Of a stretch of DNA of 62,042 bases, positions 1-9,072 are shown piece by piece (the first letter of the stretch is position 1; the number at the start of each line of letters is the position of its first letter). The stretch covers positions 1-62,042 of the IMG/VR virus record IMGVR_UViG_3300042923_000331; one strand, written 5' to 3'. Made by a program: the position numbers and the translations under genes. Source of the stretch: a virus (Duplodnaviria > Caudoviricetes). The notes under the pieces were generated by a model. That model worked only from the letters and a program-made list of their open reading frames with translations, did no database searches and was not told where the DNA came from.

Positions 1-127
1 CCCTTTTTTAAGTGCTTCTATCGCAAGTCCAAACGTCATTTTGTCTGTTTGTCTGTACGCCTTTTCGAATGCTGCTTTAGGCGACCAACTCTCATAACCG
101 TCCTCGTATTTTACTTTATATCCGGGA
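1..127. repeat. Terminal direct repeat, copy 1 (circular assembly overlap)
   Basis: 1-127 is identical to 61916-62042, and an ORF reads through the junction. Confidence 0.95.
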
Positions 128-237
128 ACCGCGGTATATGTTTTTTTTATATTTTCATTTTCATCAAGTCCTATATGTGGCACACTCTTAATGAATGGCT
201 CTGCTTCGATTATTTTAGTTCCTATGTATTTTTGCAT
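1..237 (-). CDS. 5' part of the origin-spanning DUF2829/Tad2-family protein (continues into 61685-61915; ~155 aa total)
   Basis: ATG at 237 with AAAGGAGCG RBS; MQKYIGTKIIEAEP...GYKVKYEDGYESWSPKAAFEKAY reads in frame into MTFGLAIEALKKG. Confidence 0.85.
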   Translation of the reverse strand, partial: MQKYIGTKIIEAEPFIKSVPHIGLDENENIKKTYTAVPGYKVKYEDGYESWSPKAAFEKAYRQTDKMTFGLAIEALKKG

Positions 238-249
238 TGTTCGCTCCTT

Positions 250-393
250 TTATTTACCGTACAATCCTTTTTTTAGCTTAACAGCTCCGCACTTCTTACA
301 TTTGTATACTCTGTAAACGCGTTCTTTTTTTACTCTGTAACTAGTAAATTCATACTTGTGGCTACAAAGCAATTTACAAATATATCTCCACAT
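250..393 (-). CDS. Small Cys/His (Zn-ribbon-like) phage protein, 47 aa
   Basis: Manual translation MWRYICKLLCSHKY...YKCKKCG; below the ORF-track cutoff. Confidence 0.6.
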   Translation of the reverse strand: MWRYICKLLCSHKYEFTSYRVKKERVYRVYKCKKCGAVKLKKGLYGK

Positions 394-397
394 TTCG

Positions 398-676
398 TTA
401 TATCTCCAAACCTATAAAATTTAATAGTGTTGCCGGCATATCGAATGCTACAAATTCTGTAATTTTTATGTCGCTGGTTGCTTTTAGTGTCAAATCTTTG
501 TTATATGCTTTATCATAATACTCTTTTTTCTTTTTAAAGCTGCTATTGCTGTTTAATATAACTTCCGGTGCGTCTTGTCCTGCTATTTTTACTTTTACTG
601 CGACGAACTTTTTTTCTTGCGCTATTGCAAAATCAAAAAGTTCCATTAAATCGTTTTTGTTTCCTGTTCTTCTCAT
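398..676 (-). CDS. Hypothetical phage protein
   Basis: ORF overlaps the stop of the upstream gene. Confidence 0.75.
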   Translation of the reverse strand: MRRTGNKNDLMELFDFAIAQEKKFVAVKVKIAGQDAPEVILNSNSSFKKKKEYYDKAYNKDLTLKATSDIKITEFVAFDMPATLLNFIGLEI

Positions 677-1239
677 TCGCTTACCTCATTTCCCCAGCAA
701 TCCCAGCTGGCGCGTTTATTTCTTGCGAATAATTCTATTTTATTGGCTTCCGGGAACATAACTTCTAGCATTTCATATGCCGCAATTGGCTTTTTGCTAT
801 GCTTTGTTGACGATTCTCTAATTACTGTTGTTTGCTTCCCTCTCTGCTCTTTACATGGCATTAGTATGCTGCCCTTTTTATAAAACCATAGCAAATATTC
901 ATGTGTGAATCTTACTGTGTATGCCGGTGACACGCCGTTTGTCTTGTCCCATATAATTCGTGCATGAAGCTCGTATCCTAATTCTTTCATCATTTGCTCT
1001 GTTTCATGCAAATATTTGTCTATCGCCCACATGAATACATTGTGCTTTTCTGTTGTTATGTTGTTAAGTATTTGTTTGTGGAGTTCTTTTATATCCTTCA
1101 GCTGCATTGTTGGATAATCTAATTCACCGCCGCTGCTGTTAGGTCTAACTTTCTTCTTTCCACCCTTTTTCTGCTGCCACGGTGGGTCTGAATAAACTAT
1201 GTCATATTTGTTTTCTGTGTTTAATACATTAATTTTCAT
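673..1239 (-). CDS. MT-A70 family adenine methyltransferase
   Basis: YDIVYSDPPW, FMW, IIWDK, HSKKP, IELFAR, WDCWGNE motifs. Confidence 0.9.
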   Translation of the reverse strand: MKINVLNTENKYDIVYSDPPWQQKKGGKKKVRPNSSGGELDYPTMQLKDIKELHKQILNNITTEKHNVFMWAIDKYLHETEQMMKELGYELHARIIWDKTNGVSPAYTVRFTHEYLLWFYKKGSILMPCKEQRGKQTTVIRESSTKHSKKPIAAYEMLEVMFPEANKIELFARNKRASWDCWGNEVSE

Positions 1240-1771
1240 TTGTAGTCGCTCCTATTTCTCTTCCGTTTGATGGTATATAAATTTGTACAGCTGGCGGCGC
1301 TCCCTCTCTTCCGTATGTCTCTACGTTCTCGGTTGCATCTCCTCTACTTAGTCGCTCTAGCTTTGCTGCAACATCAATCATTTTTGTTACGTCCTGCGCT
1401 GTCATTTCGTCTACCGGTATTTTTTGCAGACCCTGCAGCGCTTTTGTTATCATTGCTCTTGCAGCTTTAATATGCATTTCGACCATTATTTCGCGTTCTC
1501 GTTGTGCCGATTCCCTTGTTTCTTTGTCAACAAATGCGTCATGCGCTCTTGCTCTCTCGACCCAACTCCATTTGCTGCACCACTTCTCCATATAAGAAGC
1601 ATATCTCCCCAGCTTCTCGGCTGTCTTACGGACACTTCGCTCGTTTGCCGGCATATTTCTGTATATAGTGAAAGCTTGAAATGCTTTTGGCGGCTCTTGC
1701 GGTTGTTGCTCCCAAGGTTCCGGTATACCATTAGTCATTTCCATCACCGCCTGTTGAATACGTTCCGTCAA
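1229..1771 (-). CDS. Probable terminase small subunit (HTH)
   Basis: AFQAFTIYR...RSVRKTAEKLG...WxERARAHD helical/HTH pattern; C-terminal IYIPSNGRE; lies upstream of terL on the circle. Confidence 0.65.
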   Translation of the reverse strand: MTERIQQAVMEMTNGIPEPWEQQPQEPPKAFQAFTIYRNMPANERSVRKTAEKLGRYASYMEKWCSKWSWVERARAHDAFVDKETRESAQREREIMVEMHIKAARAMITKALQGLQKIPVDEMTAQDVTKMIDVAAKLERLSRGDATENVETYGREGAPPAVQIYIPSNGREIGATTNEN

Positions 1772-3338
1772 TTAAACCTTGAATCGTTATGCCGTTCTCG
1801 TCGCACACATGCTCGCAAAGCTCTAAGAAATCGTAAGTCTTGCCGTCTCTTTCACACGTTATTATGCTTGTTAGTCCTTTCATCTGTACATATCTTAACA
1901 GCCCTACGTCCACATACTTCGGTTCTAACTCGCATATTCTTGCTTGCCTGCCTGTTAGCTCGGCTCCAATCATGGTGCTGTGTGAACCACCGAAAAAGTC
2001 TGCTACAATGTCGCCCGGCTCGGAGCTGTTGCTGATAGCTCTTACGGCTAACTCTACAGGTTTTTGAGTTGGGTGCTTGTAGTTGGTTTCTTTTGAAACT
2101 TCCCAGCAAGTGTTTTCTTTTTCCTCATGGTATATTGTAACGCTGCGTCCGTCTGAAAGTCTTAAGTATCTAATCTTTTTGCCCTTTGGCGGCTTGTCAG
2201 CAATGTATATCTTGTTTCCCTCTCCGTCGGTTATTACTATTCCGCCTGTAAGCGTCGTTGCTAAACCGTCGTTGTCACGTATGGTTACTTTCCAGCATGT
2301 GCTTTGCTTTCTATCTCCGAACCATTTTGCTGTTTGTCCAGCTTTTTCACAGTAATATGCCGGTTCGTGTGCCCATTGGTAGTCACTACGTCCCATTTGT
2401 ATATTGTTCTTGACCCATATAATATATTGCTTTTCTATCAAACCAACTTTTGTTATAGCGTCGTCAAAGTCTTTTCGTGTTGAGCTGGCATGCCATATAT
2501 AAAATGCTGCGTCCTCTTTGGTATAACGCATATAGTTTTTAAAAGCCGGAACAAGCAACTTGTTCATTAAGTCGTCTTGCTCTAGTGCGTCGTTTGCTAT
2601 CTGTGCCCATTCTTTGTCGTGACCGCCTGTGTAAACTACGCCGTATGGTGGGTCTGTATTTACCACTTGCGCCTTTTCGTCCTGCATTAATCTATCTATA
2701 ACCTTTGGGTCTGTACTATCGCCACATATTATTCTGTGTTGCCCTACGTTCCAAATATCGCCTTTTTTACTTATCTGAATAACCGGTGGCTCCGGCACTT
2801 CGTCCAGCTGGTCGTCCTCTGTATCGTCAACACCGGATATTGCACTTATAAGGTTTTGTAAATCCTCGTCTGTATATCCGGTAATCTCTATCGGTATTTC
2901 ACCTGTGTCAATTTCGCTTAATAAATCTGCTAGCATGGTATTGTCCATTTCTGCTAGCTCTGAAAGCCTATTGTCTGCCATTAAGTCTGCATACTCTTCA
3001 GCTTCACTTGCGTATTCTTGAAAATCAACCGGCACTTCTGTTTCGCCGTACATTCTTGCAGCTGCTAATCGTCCATGACCCTTTACAATAAAGCCGCTCC
3101 TTTTACTAACTGTAATCGGTGCGCGCCAGCCTTGCGCTTTTATTATCTGTGCTAATAGTTTTATTTGCTCTGCAGGATGTTTGTTTGGGTTCTTTGGGTT
3201 CTCAACCATGGCTCCTACTTCTACTAATCTATCAAAGGCGCAGAATACTTTCACACCTTTTGCTGTAGTTGCTCTTGGCTCTGCTTCTGTTATGTAGTTT
3301 ATTTCTATATTGTTTGCTTTGCTTTTCTTCTTTGCCAT
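1731..3338 (-). CDS. ParB/Srx N-terminal domain + N4/N6 DNA methyltransferase
   Basis: NPKNPNKH and IVKGHGRL (ParB); GDST, TDPPYGV, HPTQKP, DFFGGS (MTase); likely start MAKKK at 3338 with RBS. Confidence 0.9.
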   Translation of the reverse strand: MAKKKSKANNIEINYITEAEPRATTAKGVKVFCAFDRLVEVGAMVENPKNPNKHPAEQIKLLAQIIKAQGWRAPITVSKRSGFIVKGHGRLAAARMYGETEVPVDFQEYASEAEEYADLMADNRLSELAEMDNTMLADLLSEIDTGEIPIEITGYTDEDLQNLISAISGVDDTEDDQLDEVPEPPVIQISKKGDIWNVGQHRIICGDSTDPKVIDRLMQDEKAQVVNTDPPYGVVYTGGHDKEWAQIANDALEQDDLMNKLLVPAFKNYMRYTKEDAAFYIWHASSTRKDFDDAITKVGLIEKQYIIWVKNNIQMGRSDYQWAHEPAYYCEKAGQTAKWFGDRKQSTCWKVTIRDNDGLATTLTGGIVITDGEGNKIYIADKPPKGKKIRYLRLSDGRSVTIYHEEKENTCWEVSKETNYKHPTQKPVELAVRAISNSSEPGDIVADFFGGSHSTMIGAELTGRQARICELEPKYVDVGLLRYVQMKGLTSIITCERDGKTYDFLELCEHVCDENGITIQGLIDGTYSTGGDGND

Positions 3339-3421
3339 ATTATCTCCCCTTTGCTTGATACTACTATGCCCACCGCCCATATATGGCTCATCGCCTTTTT
3401 AATGTAGTATCGGCTCCCATT

Positions 3422-3457
3422 AAAAAAAGCTGCCCTATAGTTTGGCAGCCTTTTTTC
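3422..3457. terminator. Intrinsic terminator-like hairpin
   Basis: gctgcc/ggcagc stem flanked by A and T runs. Confidence 0.55.
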
Positions 3458-3517
3458 AACTATACAAAGTTTAACACAAATTTGGGTACCAAAACCACAA
3501 TGTTTTAAATTATTTTT

Positions 3518-3805
3518 TTATTCAGCTATTTCAAACTCGAAATCTTGTAGAGCTTCTTTTATTTCTAGCCATTTACGTTTCGCCGGTGTATTTAATTCAT
3601 TATGGTTTCTTATTAAATCTTCTTCTGTTATTGTTTCAAGCCCTGCTCTTTTTAGCCTATTAATATAAAATCTGTTCTCGCTTGGATAGTATACAAAATC
3701 ATGTGTAAACCTCATATCTGCTGAACAGCGCATATTTAAAATATATGCTTCTACTCCATCATAATTTCTTAATTCAAATCCTAATTCTTTTAATTTTTTC
3801 TCCAT
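3518..3805 (-). CDS. Hypothetical protein
   Basis: ORF with GAGGAGCGA RBS. Confidence 0.75.
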   Translation of the reverse strand: MEKKLKELGFELRNYDGVEAYILNMRCSADMRFTHDFVYYPSENRFYINRLKRAGLETITEEDLIRNHNELNTPAKRKWLEIKEALQDFEFEIAE

Positions 3806-3984
3806 TTAGTTTCGCTCCTCTTTTAGCAATTTGCATTTCGTTGGTTCATTTAAACACTTATTCTTGCAGCGCCGCTCCCTTTTACAATAAAAGCAGCATT
3901 GGTTGTTTAGCATATTATCGCAAAAGAAAACTTTGCAAAGCTTCTTGTCGTATTCCTCTGCGTATAAATCACAATTTATTCTCA
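3805..3984 (-). CDS. Small Cys-rich protein, 59 aa
   Basis: Manual translation MRINCDLYAEE...CCFYCKRERRCKNKC; stop overlaps the next ATG. Confidence 0.6.
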
Positions 3985-4066
3985 TTTTTTACCGCCTTTT
4001 TTTCTAAAGTCTCGGCATGGATATAATCTATCGGATTCAATACAGTTATAAAATTTGCGGCAATGC

Positions 4067-4345
4067 CTACAAGTAATTTTTACCGACTTCTCTAATAAAA
4101 TCTTCTCGCGTATGCGTCTGCTCGTATATCCTTTGCGCAAATGCTTTCAGCTTCTTTCTTAGATTAGCATTGTTATGTATGCTATCTTTATCTATTGTAT
4201 GACACCAAGCACAAACTTTTATTAAAAAACCGTATTTCTCCGAAAATTTTTTTAATGCTCCGTTAAAAATATGGTGTGTCTGTAGTCCGTAACGTTTTTT
4301 GCAAATAAAACATTCATTCGGGTTGCCTATGTGTTTATATTCCAT
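4067..4345 (-). CDS. HNH/Zn-finger nuclease-like protein
   Basis: CFIC...HHIF...CAWCH...IH pattern. Confidence 0.65.
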   Translation of the reverse strand: MEYKHIGNPNECFICKKRYGLQTHHIFNGALKKFSEKYGFLIKVCAWCHTIDKDSIHNNANLRKKLKAFAQRIYEQTHTREDFIREVGKNYL

Positions 4346-4784
4346 TTTCTCCCTCCATTGCTTTTTGGGCTTCTTCTTTAGTCAAAAATACTTTTTCAAA
4401 TTCTTTTCGTATAACATTACCTGTTGTTTTTATTTCTAAATCAAAACCAAATTTACTCATTTTTATTGCTAATATTTCACCAAAATTAATTCCTGTTTTA
4501 AATGGACTTAACCAATAAACTGTATCTCCAATCCTATACGGAAATTTTTTTAATAAACCTTGCTTTTCTAGCTCAAGCAATTCTGATATATGGTCGTGCA
4601 AGTCTTTTAAATCTATTCTTTTCATAAATTCTTGAAGTTCTTCCGGCTCTAGTCCTCTATCTTCGTAAGCTGCAAGCTTAACATATCTTAAATGTTTTGG
4701 ATGTGCTTCTCCATGTTCCTTTAACTGCGCTTCAATTTCTTGTTTACATATTTCTGCTTGACCGTTACAAGTTAATCTATTCAT
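4335..4784 (-). CDS. Hypothetical phage protein
   Basis: KLAAYED, GDTVY, VFLTKEEA pattern common in Firmicutes phages. Confidence 0.7.
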   Translation of the reverse strand: MNRLTCNGQAEICKQEIEAQLKEHGEAHPKHLRYVKLAAYEDRGLEPEELQEFMKRIDLKDLHDHISELLELEKQGLLKKFPYRIGDTVYWLSPFKTGINFGEILAIKMSKFGFDLEIKTTGNVIRKEFEKVFLTKEEAQKAMEGENGI

Positions 4785-5181
4785 TTTCTACCTCCACCCA
4801 AGGAAGAACTTTACGTACAGCTTCTTCATAGTCTGCATCCACCCTTTCAAAATAAAATTTTCCATCCCATGGTTCAATTTTTATAATTCCGTAATCTTCA
4901 GCTACTTTACAAATATAATCTTGCCTTATTCTTTCATGTAATGTTTTCATCATGCGTCTAAATTCTTCTAGCATTGCGGCTCGTTTGTAGTGGTTACAGC
5001 GTCTGCAGGACGGATTCATATTTTTAATGTCATTTATATCTATTTCTTGCTTATATAGCGAATGTGCCCTTTGTGGAATTATATGGTCTACTTGCATATC
5101 TTTGTACTCTATTTTTTTTCCACAGTATGCACAATGACCGTTATACTTGTTATAGACTTTTAGTCTTTCAGCTTTAGTCAT
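4777..5181 (-). CDS. HNH endonuclease
   Basis: CAYCG...VDHIIP...NPSCRRCNHYK. Confidence 0.9.
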   Translation of the reverse strand: MTKAERLKVYNKYNGHCAYCGKKIEYKDMQVDHIIPQRAHSLYKQEIDINDIKNMNPSCRRCNHYKRAAMLEEFRRMMKTLHERIRQDYICKVAEDYGIIKIEPWDGKFYFERVDADYEEAVRKVLPWVEVENE

Positions 5182-5380
5182 AAGCTACCCCTTATTTTAA
5201 AGTTTCAACGATTATTTCAGCTATTTTCTCTTTATCGTAATCGCTCAAAACTTTATCACTTTTTATTATTAATTCGACTTTGTATTCGTCTTTTTCTTTA
5301 GTATTTGAAACGCTGGCAAACCAACTAGGTTTAATTTTTATAGGTATGCCGTTTATTATTACTTTCATTTCTCTAACTCC

Positions 5381-5611
5381 CTATCCTAATCTATTTTTCA
5401 AATCTTCGACTATATTTTCTATAAAGTCCATTATCTCTCTGCTATCATCGCCTTTTCTATTGTAAGTTGTTGGGTCATAATAACTTGCCTTTAACACCCT
5501 CAATTCTCCAATTACTCGCTGCAATTGCATTTGTTGTGCTTTGTATTCATTCATCATTTTAGTTCTCCAACTTTTGAAAAAAGTGGTTATTGCAATTATG
5601 GAAACAACCAC
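5381..5611 (-). CDS. Hypothetical protein (start uncertain)
   Basis: ORF in the operon. Confidence 0.55.
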   Translation of the reverse strand: MVVSIIAITTFFKSWRTKMMNEYKAQQMQLQRVIGELRVLKASYYDPTTYNRKGDDSREIMDFIENIVEDLKNRLG

Positions 5612-5625
5612 TTTTTTTGAATTCT

Positions 5626-6141
5626 TTATTCATTAGGCACCTCCAAGATTCTTATTCTATCACCGTCATATTCGCACAGCTTTGGCATGGTTGTATTTTT
5701 TAAATATAGTGGGTGCCGTGGATATCCCTCTTTCGTAACACCTAAACAATAAATGTCCGTTCCATATAAAATATCTAACGCCTTTTTATATGGTTGTCCT
5801 AGTCTTTTATTTACTACTCCGCATGCTATTATAACTATACCGGCGTTGTTTATTGTTTCTTCTATATGGTTATAATTTTCAATTCCTACAGGGTCTGCTG
5901 CTTTTAACAGCTCTTTTGGGTCTGTTGCTCTATATGCGAATACGTTTACTACTTTAATTCCGCCCATGCCCCACCCTTTAGCAAAATTTATGCATCTGCG
6001 AATTGTCGGGTCGTCCTCTTCTGCGTCTGCTGTGCTTGGGTTAAGCATTATAAATACTGCAGGCGGTTTGTTTTCGTCCCATATTCGTGTTAAAATATAT
6101 CTGTATTTTCCTGTTTGGTCTATGGTCGCTCCTCTTTTCAT
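5626..6141 (-). CDS. DUF1643 family protein
   Basis: YRYILTRIW, FIMLNPSTAD, DDPTIRRC, NVFAYRATDP, PRHPLY; likely start MKRG. Confidence 0.88.
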   Translation of the reverse strand: MKRGATIDQTGKYRYILTRIWDENKPPAVFIMLNPSTADAEEDDPTIRRCINFAKGWGMGGIKVVNVFAYRATDPKELLKAADPVGIENYNHIEETINNAGIVIIACGVVNKRLGQPYKKALDILYGTDIYCLGVTKEGYPRHPLYLKNTTMPKLCEYDGDRIRILEVPNE

Positions 6142-6143
6142 TT

Positions 6144-6485
6144 TCACTTCTCCTTGTATGACTTCATCATCGGCATCCATGCTATAACTTTGCCTTGCAT
6201 TATCCTGTTATAATATGCCGTAAAGTGATACTTTTTATCGCCAGCATAATATACATGGTTTATTTCACCAGCTTCATTTGTTACAAGACATTCTGTTCCT
6301 GTCTTTGGTGGTTCCTTTGTTATTGGTATCCAATCGCCGGTTATTTGCTTTTCTAAGGCTTCTCTTGCCATTGGTACAGCTTTGTAGCAAATTTCACAGG
6401 TTCCGCAATCGCCACTAAAACGACAACAATTTGCTAAAGTTCCTAAATTATCTATTGCCTTTTCAATCTCGTTTTTCTTATTCAT
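6144..6485 (-). CDS. DUF551-like phage protein
   Basis: WIPITKEPP...VIAWMPM. Confidence 0.7.
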   Translation of the reverse strand: MNKKNEIEKAIDNLGTLANCCRFSGDCGTCEICYKAVPMAREALEKQITGDWIPITKEPPKTGTECLVTNEAGEINHVYYAGDKKYHFTAYYNRIMQGKVIAWMPMMKSYKEK

Positions 6486-6723
6486 TGGTTCGCTCCTCTT
6501 TCTTTATTCGGTAGTTATTGAATCCCTGTGCTCCACTAGCATGTATTACAAGTATTTGCTTTTTGCAATCGTCGCATACGTCTATTACTTGGTTTGATAT
6601 ATATGGTTCACAGCTTCTGCCCTCGTCTTGCTCTGTATCAAATATAACCGGGTATTTTATTGCAGTAACTTTTGCTTCTTTTTTGCAAATATCGCAGCTG
6701 TATTTTTCTATTACAGTTTTCAT
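6478..6723 (-). CDS. Hypothetical Zn-binding protein
   Basis: CDIC...CDDC. Confidence 0.7.
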   Translation of the reverse strand: MKTVIEKYSCDICKKEAKVTAIKYPVIFDTEQDEGRSCEPYISNQVIDVCDDCKKQILVIHASGAQGFNNYRIKKEERTNE

Positions 6724-7124
6724 TGTTTTACATCCAACAAATCTTTATTATCGTATATGTTACCGGCTATTTCAATATTTGCTTCGTATGAATAATCATT
6801 GAAATTTTCTAGCCACTCGCCATTAGCAGCTCTTGTTTGGTACATTGTTTCTTGTTCGTTATAGTCAACATATACGTATCCGCTTCTATCTTCGACGTAT
6901 AGTCCATTGTCATATTCTCCATATACAAAGAATAAATCGCCTTTATATATTTCTTTTCCGTTTTTGTCATTTTTTCCTATGTACTGTCCTACTGTTTCGG
7001 GTATAATCGGGAATATTGTATTTTCGTCATTTAGCGGCATTATTGAAATTACGCCAAACATTTTTAATAAATACCCATACACCCATTCTTTTGTATCTGC
7101 TCTTTGACCTCTAAATTTAATCAT
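6720..7124 (-). CDS. YopX family protein
   Basis: IKFRG, WVYG, TVGQYIG.DKNGKEIY.GD, GNIYDN. Confidence 0.9.
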   Translation of the reverse strand: MIKFRGQRADTKEWVYGYLLKMFGVISIMPLNDENTIFPIIPETVGQYIGKNDKNGKEIYKGDLFFVYGEYDNGLYVEDRSGYVYVDYNEQETMYQTRAANGEWLENFNDYSYEANIEIAGNIYDNKDLLDVKQ

Positions 7125-7133
7125 TCGCTCCTC

Positions 7134-7541
7134 CTATGGTAATTCTAGCTCTTCCGCTACTAATCTAATAAAATCTGCGCTGTATGTCCCTGCAGTGTTT
7201 TCATGGACGTGTATCTGCAGCGCTGCGCCTGCTAAAGTGTACGTCTCTTTCCAATACACTAAATCTATTACTTTTAATCTGTCTGCAGCTGTTATGTTGT
7301 ATCGCTGTTTTGTCTTTTCTATAGCGTTTTCTATTGCGTCATACTTCTTTTGTTTTTGTTTCGGTAAATTATGTATAACACATCCCTCTGTTGGTGAATT
7401 CACACCGGAACCGTGACCGCCTGTTCCTATTGTAGAAGTTATTTTCGGCTCTAACGGTCGCATTATTTCTTTTTGTAGTTTTGGATATTCCCTTATTATT
7501 TTTTTAACGTAATTCCACCATGCTGGTTTTGTCTTTGCCAT
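7134..7541 (-). CDS. ArpU/RinA-like late transcriptional activator
   Basis: IIREYP N-terminus; C-terminal LVYW...GAALQIHV HTH; typical size and position. Confidence 0.7.
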   Translation of the reverse strand: MAKTKPAWWNYVKKIIREYPKLQKEIMRPLEPKITSTIGTGGHGSGVNSPTEGCVIHNLPKQKQKKYDAIENAIEKTKQRYNITAADRLKVIDLVYWKETYTLAGAALQIHVHENTAGTYSADFIRLVAEELELP

Positions 7542-7568
7542 TCGTCCCCTCCTACTATTACTCTTTTG

Positions 7569-7808
7569 CTATTTTTTAGGATTTAAAACCTTGAATGTTT
7601 CATATCGGAAACTATTATATTTCTTGTTCCTTGTATTTAACGAATTACATATTTCTTTTGCATGCTTTTCTTCTTTAAACAATAATGCTTTGTCAAACGT
7701 GTCAACACCTATAAAATGTTTTTGCTCTTCGTCGATACTAATATATATTCTTTGTCCTACTGTTTTAATGCCATATCTTATATCTTTAAGCTGTTCGGCT
7801 CTGTTCAT
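7569..7808 (-). CDS. Hypothetical protein
   Basis: ATG at 7808 with GAGGAGCGA RBS. Confidence 0.65.
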   Translation of the reverse strand: MNRAEQLKDIRYGIKTVGQRIYISIDEEQKHFIGVDTFDKALLFKEEKHAKEICNSLNTRNKKYNSFRYETFKVLNPKK

Positions 7809-7989
7809 CTTCTCGCTCCTCGAAATCATCACATATATTAGTTTTATATCTTCCGGTAGTCGCTAGCTTATTTATATGTTTCTTGCATTTTCCTATAAAT
7901 GCTGGACGTCCGTCTTTATAATATAAATCATCGAAATGCTTACAATTTGCACAAACTCTTTTTTTAAATTTTATTATTTTAGTTTTCAT
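7786..7989 (-). CDS. Small Cys-containing hypothetical protein
   Basis: CANCKHF...C...CDDF. Confidence 0.6.
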   Translation of the reverse strand: MKTKIIKFKKRVCANCKHFDDLYYKDGRPAFIGKCKKHINKLATTGRYKTNICDDFEEREDEQSRTA

Positions 7990-8435
7990 TCTTCGTCCTC
8001 TCTGCGCGGTTTTATTTCAATCATGGTTTGCTTTTTCCCACATTTGAATTTGCCGTCTAATTCTAATTTTATTACTTTGAAGTTGTCGTCCTTTATTATT
8101 CCGGCGTGCTTTAGTCCATCTAAAATGAATTTTCCGGAGTAATTATCCGGGTCACGGTCTATATCGTCTTTAAAAAAATATGTTAGTATAACTCTTACGC
8201 CTGTTAATGGTTTTGAAGGCTTTTTCTTCATTGTAGCCGCTTTTACTATCCATGCCCATTTCTGCTTTTCTTCTTGATATTCCCTTACATTTGTTCTTCC
8301 GATAAATTTATTGTTGCTTGGTGGTATATCGTCAATGTAATATGTAAATGTTTTATCTGCGTCTTTTATTGCTTCGTATGCTGTTGAGTCGAAATAGTTT
8401 TCTCCGTTAAATCTATCTCCTTTGTAATTTCCCAT
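7986..8435 (-). CDS. rusA: RusA-like Holliday junction resolvase
   Basis: PPSNN, RDPDNY..KFILDGL..AGII.DD. Confidence 0.8.
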   Translation of the reverse strand: MGNYKGDRFNGENYFDSTAYEAIKDADKTFTYYIDDIPPSNNKFIGRTNVREYQEEKQKWAWIVKAATMKKKPSKPLTGVRVILTYFFKDDIDRDPDNYSGKFILDGLKHAGIIKDDNFKVIKLELDGKFKCGKKQTMIEIKPRREDEE

Positions 8436-8520
8436 GCTTACCTCTCAAATTGGTTTTTATTTTTGTTTCTTTCCCCCATTTGAGTTTACGTATTGATTAA
8501 TGTTTTTCTTGCGCACAAAG

Positions 8521-9072
8521 TCATTCTATGGCTTCTACGCGTGTTTCTAGTTGCTTTGTTGTCTGTGCAATTAATTGTTTTACGTCGTTTGGCAAAGCTT
8601 CGTATTCTTTTCTTTTGGCTGCGGTCACCTTGTAGCTCCTCATAAAATTACTTGCCACTACTGTTTGAACATCTTTTACTTCCATTTGTGACCATTCCTT
8701 TAGTTGTCCGGGACTTCCTACTAATTGTTGAATTTCTTTTGGTAATTTATCAAACTCCTCTCTTGCGCCGTATGCGCTATTTTTTATTGCTTTGCTAATC
8801 AAGTTCCATGCTTGTTGCTCTGTTAATTCGTCCTCGGGATTTGTAGTTATTAGCTTAACTTTTTCTACTATGTCTGCTATGGTAGGCGGAAATTTTAAAG
8901 TTAATACTAATGCTTTGACCGCTGCTTCTATCAAAGGTGCTTGGTAGTCTTTAAGCATTATCTCCCAAGTCATAACCGTTTGCTTTGCTTCTAACTCTGT
9001 CTGTCCTTTATAAAAATTAGGGTAGCTGCATTTTATTATCGTAAGTATTTTTACTATCTCTTGTCTTGTCAT
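8521..9072 (-). CDS. Replicative helicase loader/inhibitor (G39P-like)
   Basis: YPNF, W..ML.DY, KFPPTIADI; follows the initiator gene. Confidence 0.75.
   Translation of the reverse strand: MTRQEIVKILTIIKCSYPNFYKGQTELEAKQTVMTWEIMLKDYQAPLIEAAVKALVLTLKFPPTIADIVEKVKLITTNPEDELTEQQAWNLISKAIKNSAYGAREEFDKLPKEIQQLVGSPGQLKEWSQMEVKDVQTVVASNFMRSYKVTAAKRKEYEALPNDVKQLIAQTTKQLETRVEAIE

Noticed and set aside
1-127. 127-bp terminal repeat as a biological DTR or att site
   Set aside because: The length matches a common assembler k-mer and it falls mid-gene; best explained as circular contig overlap
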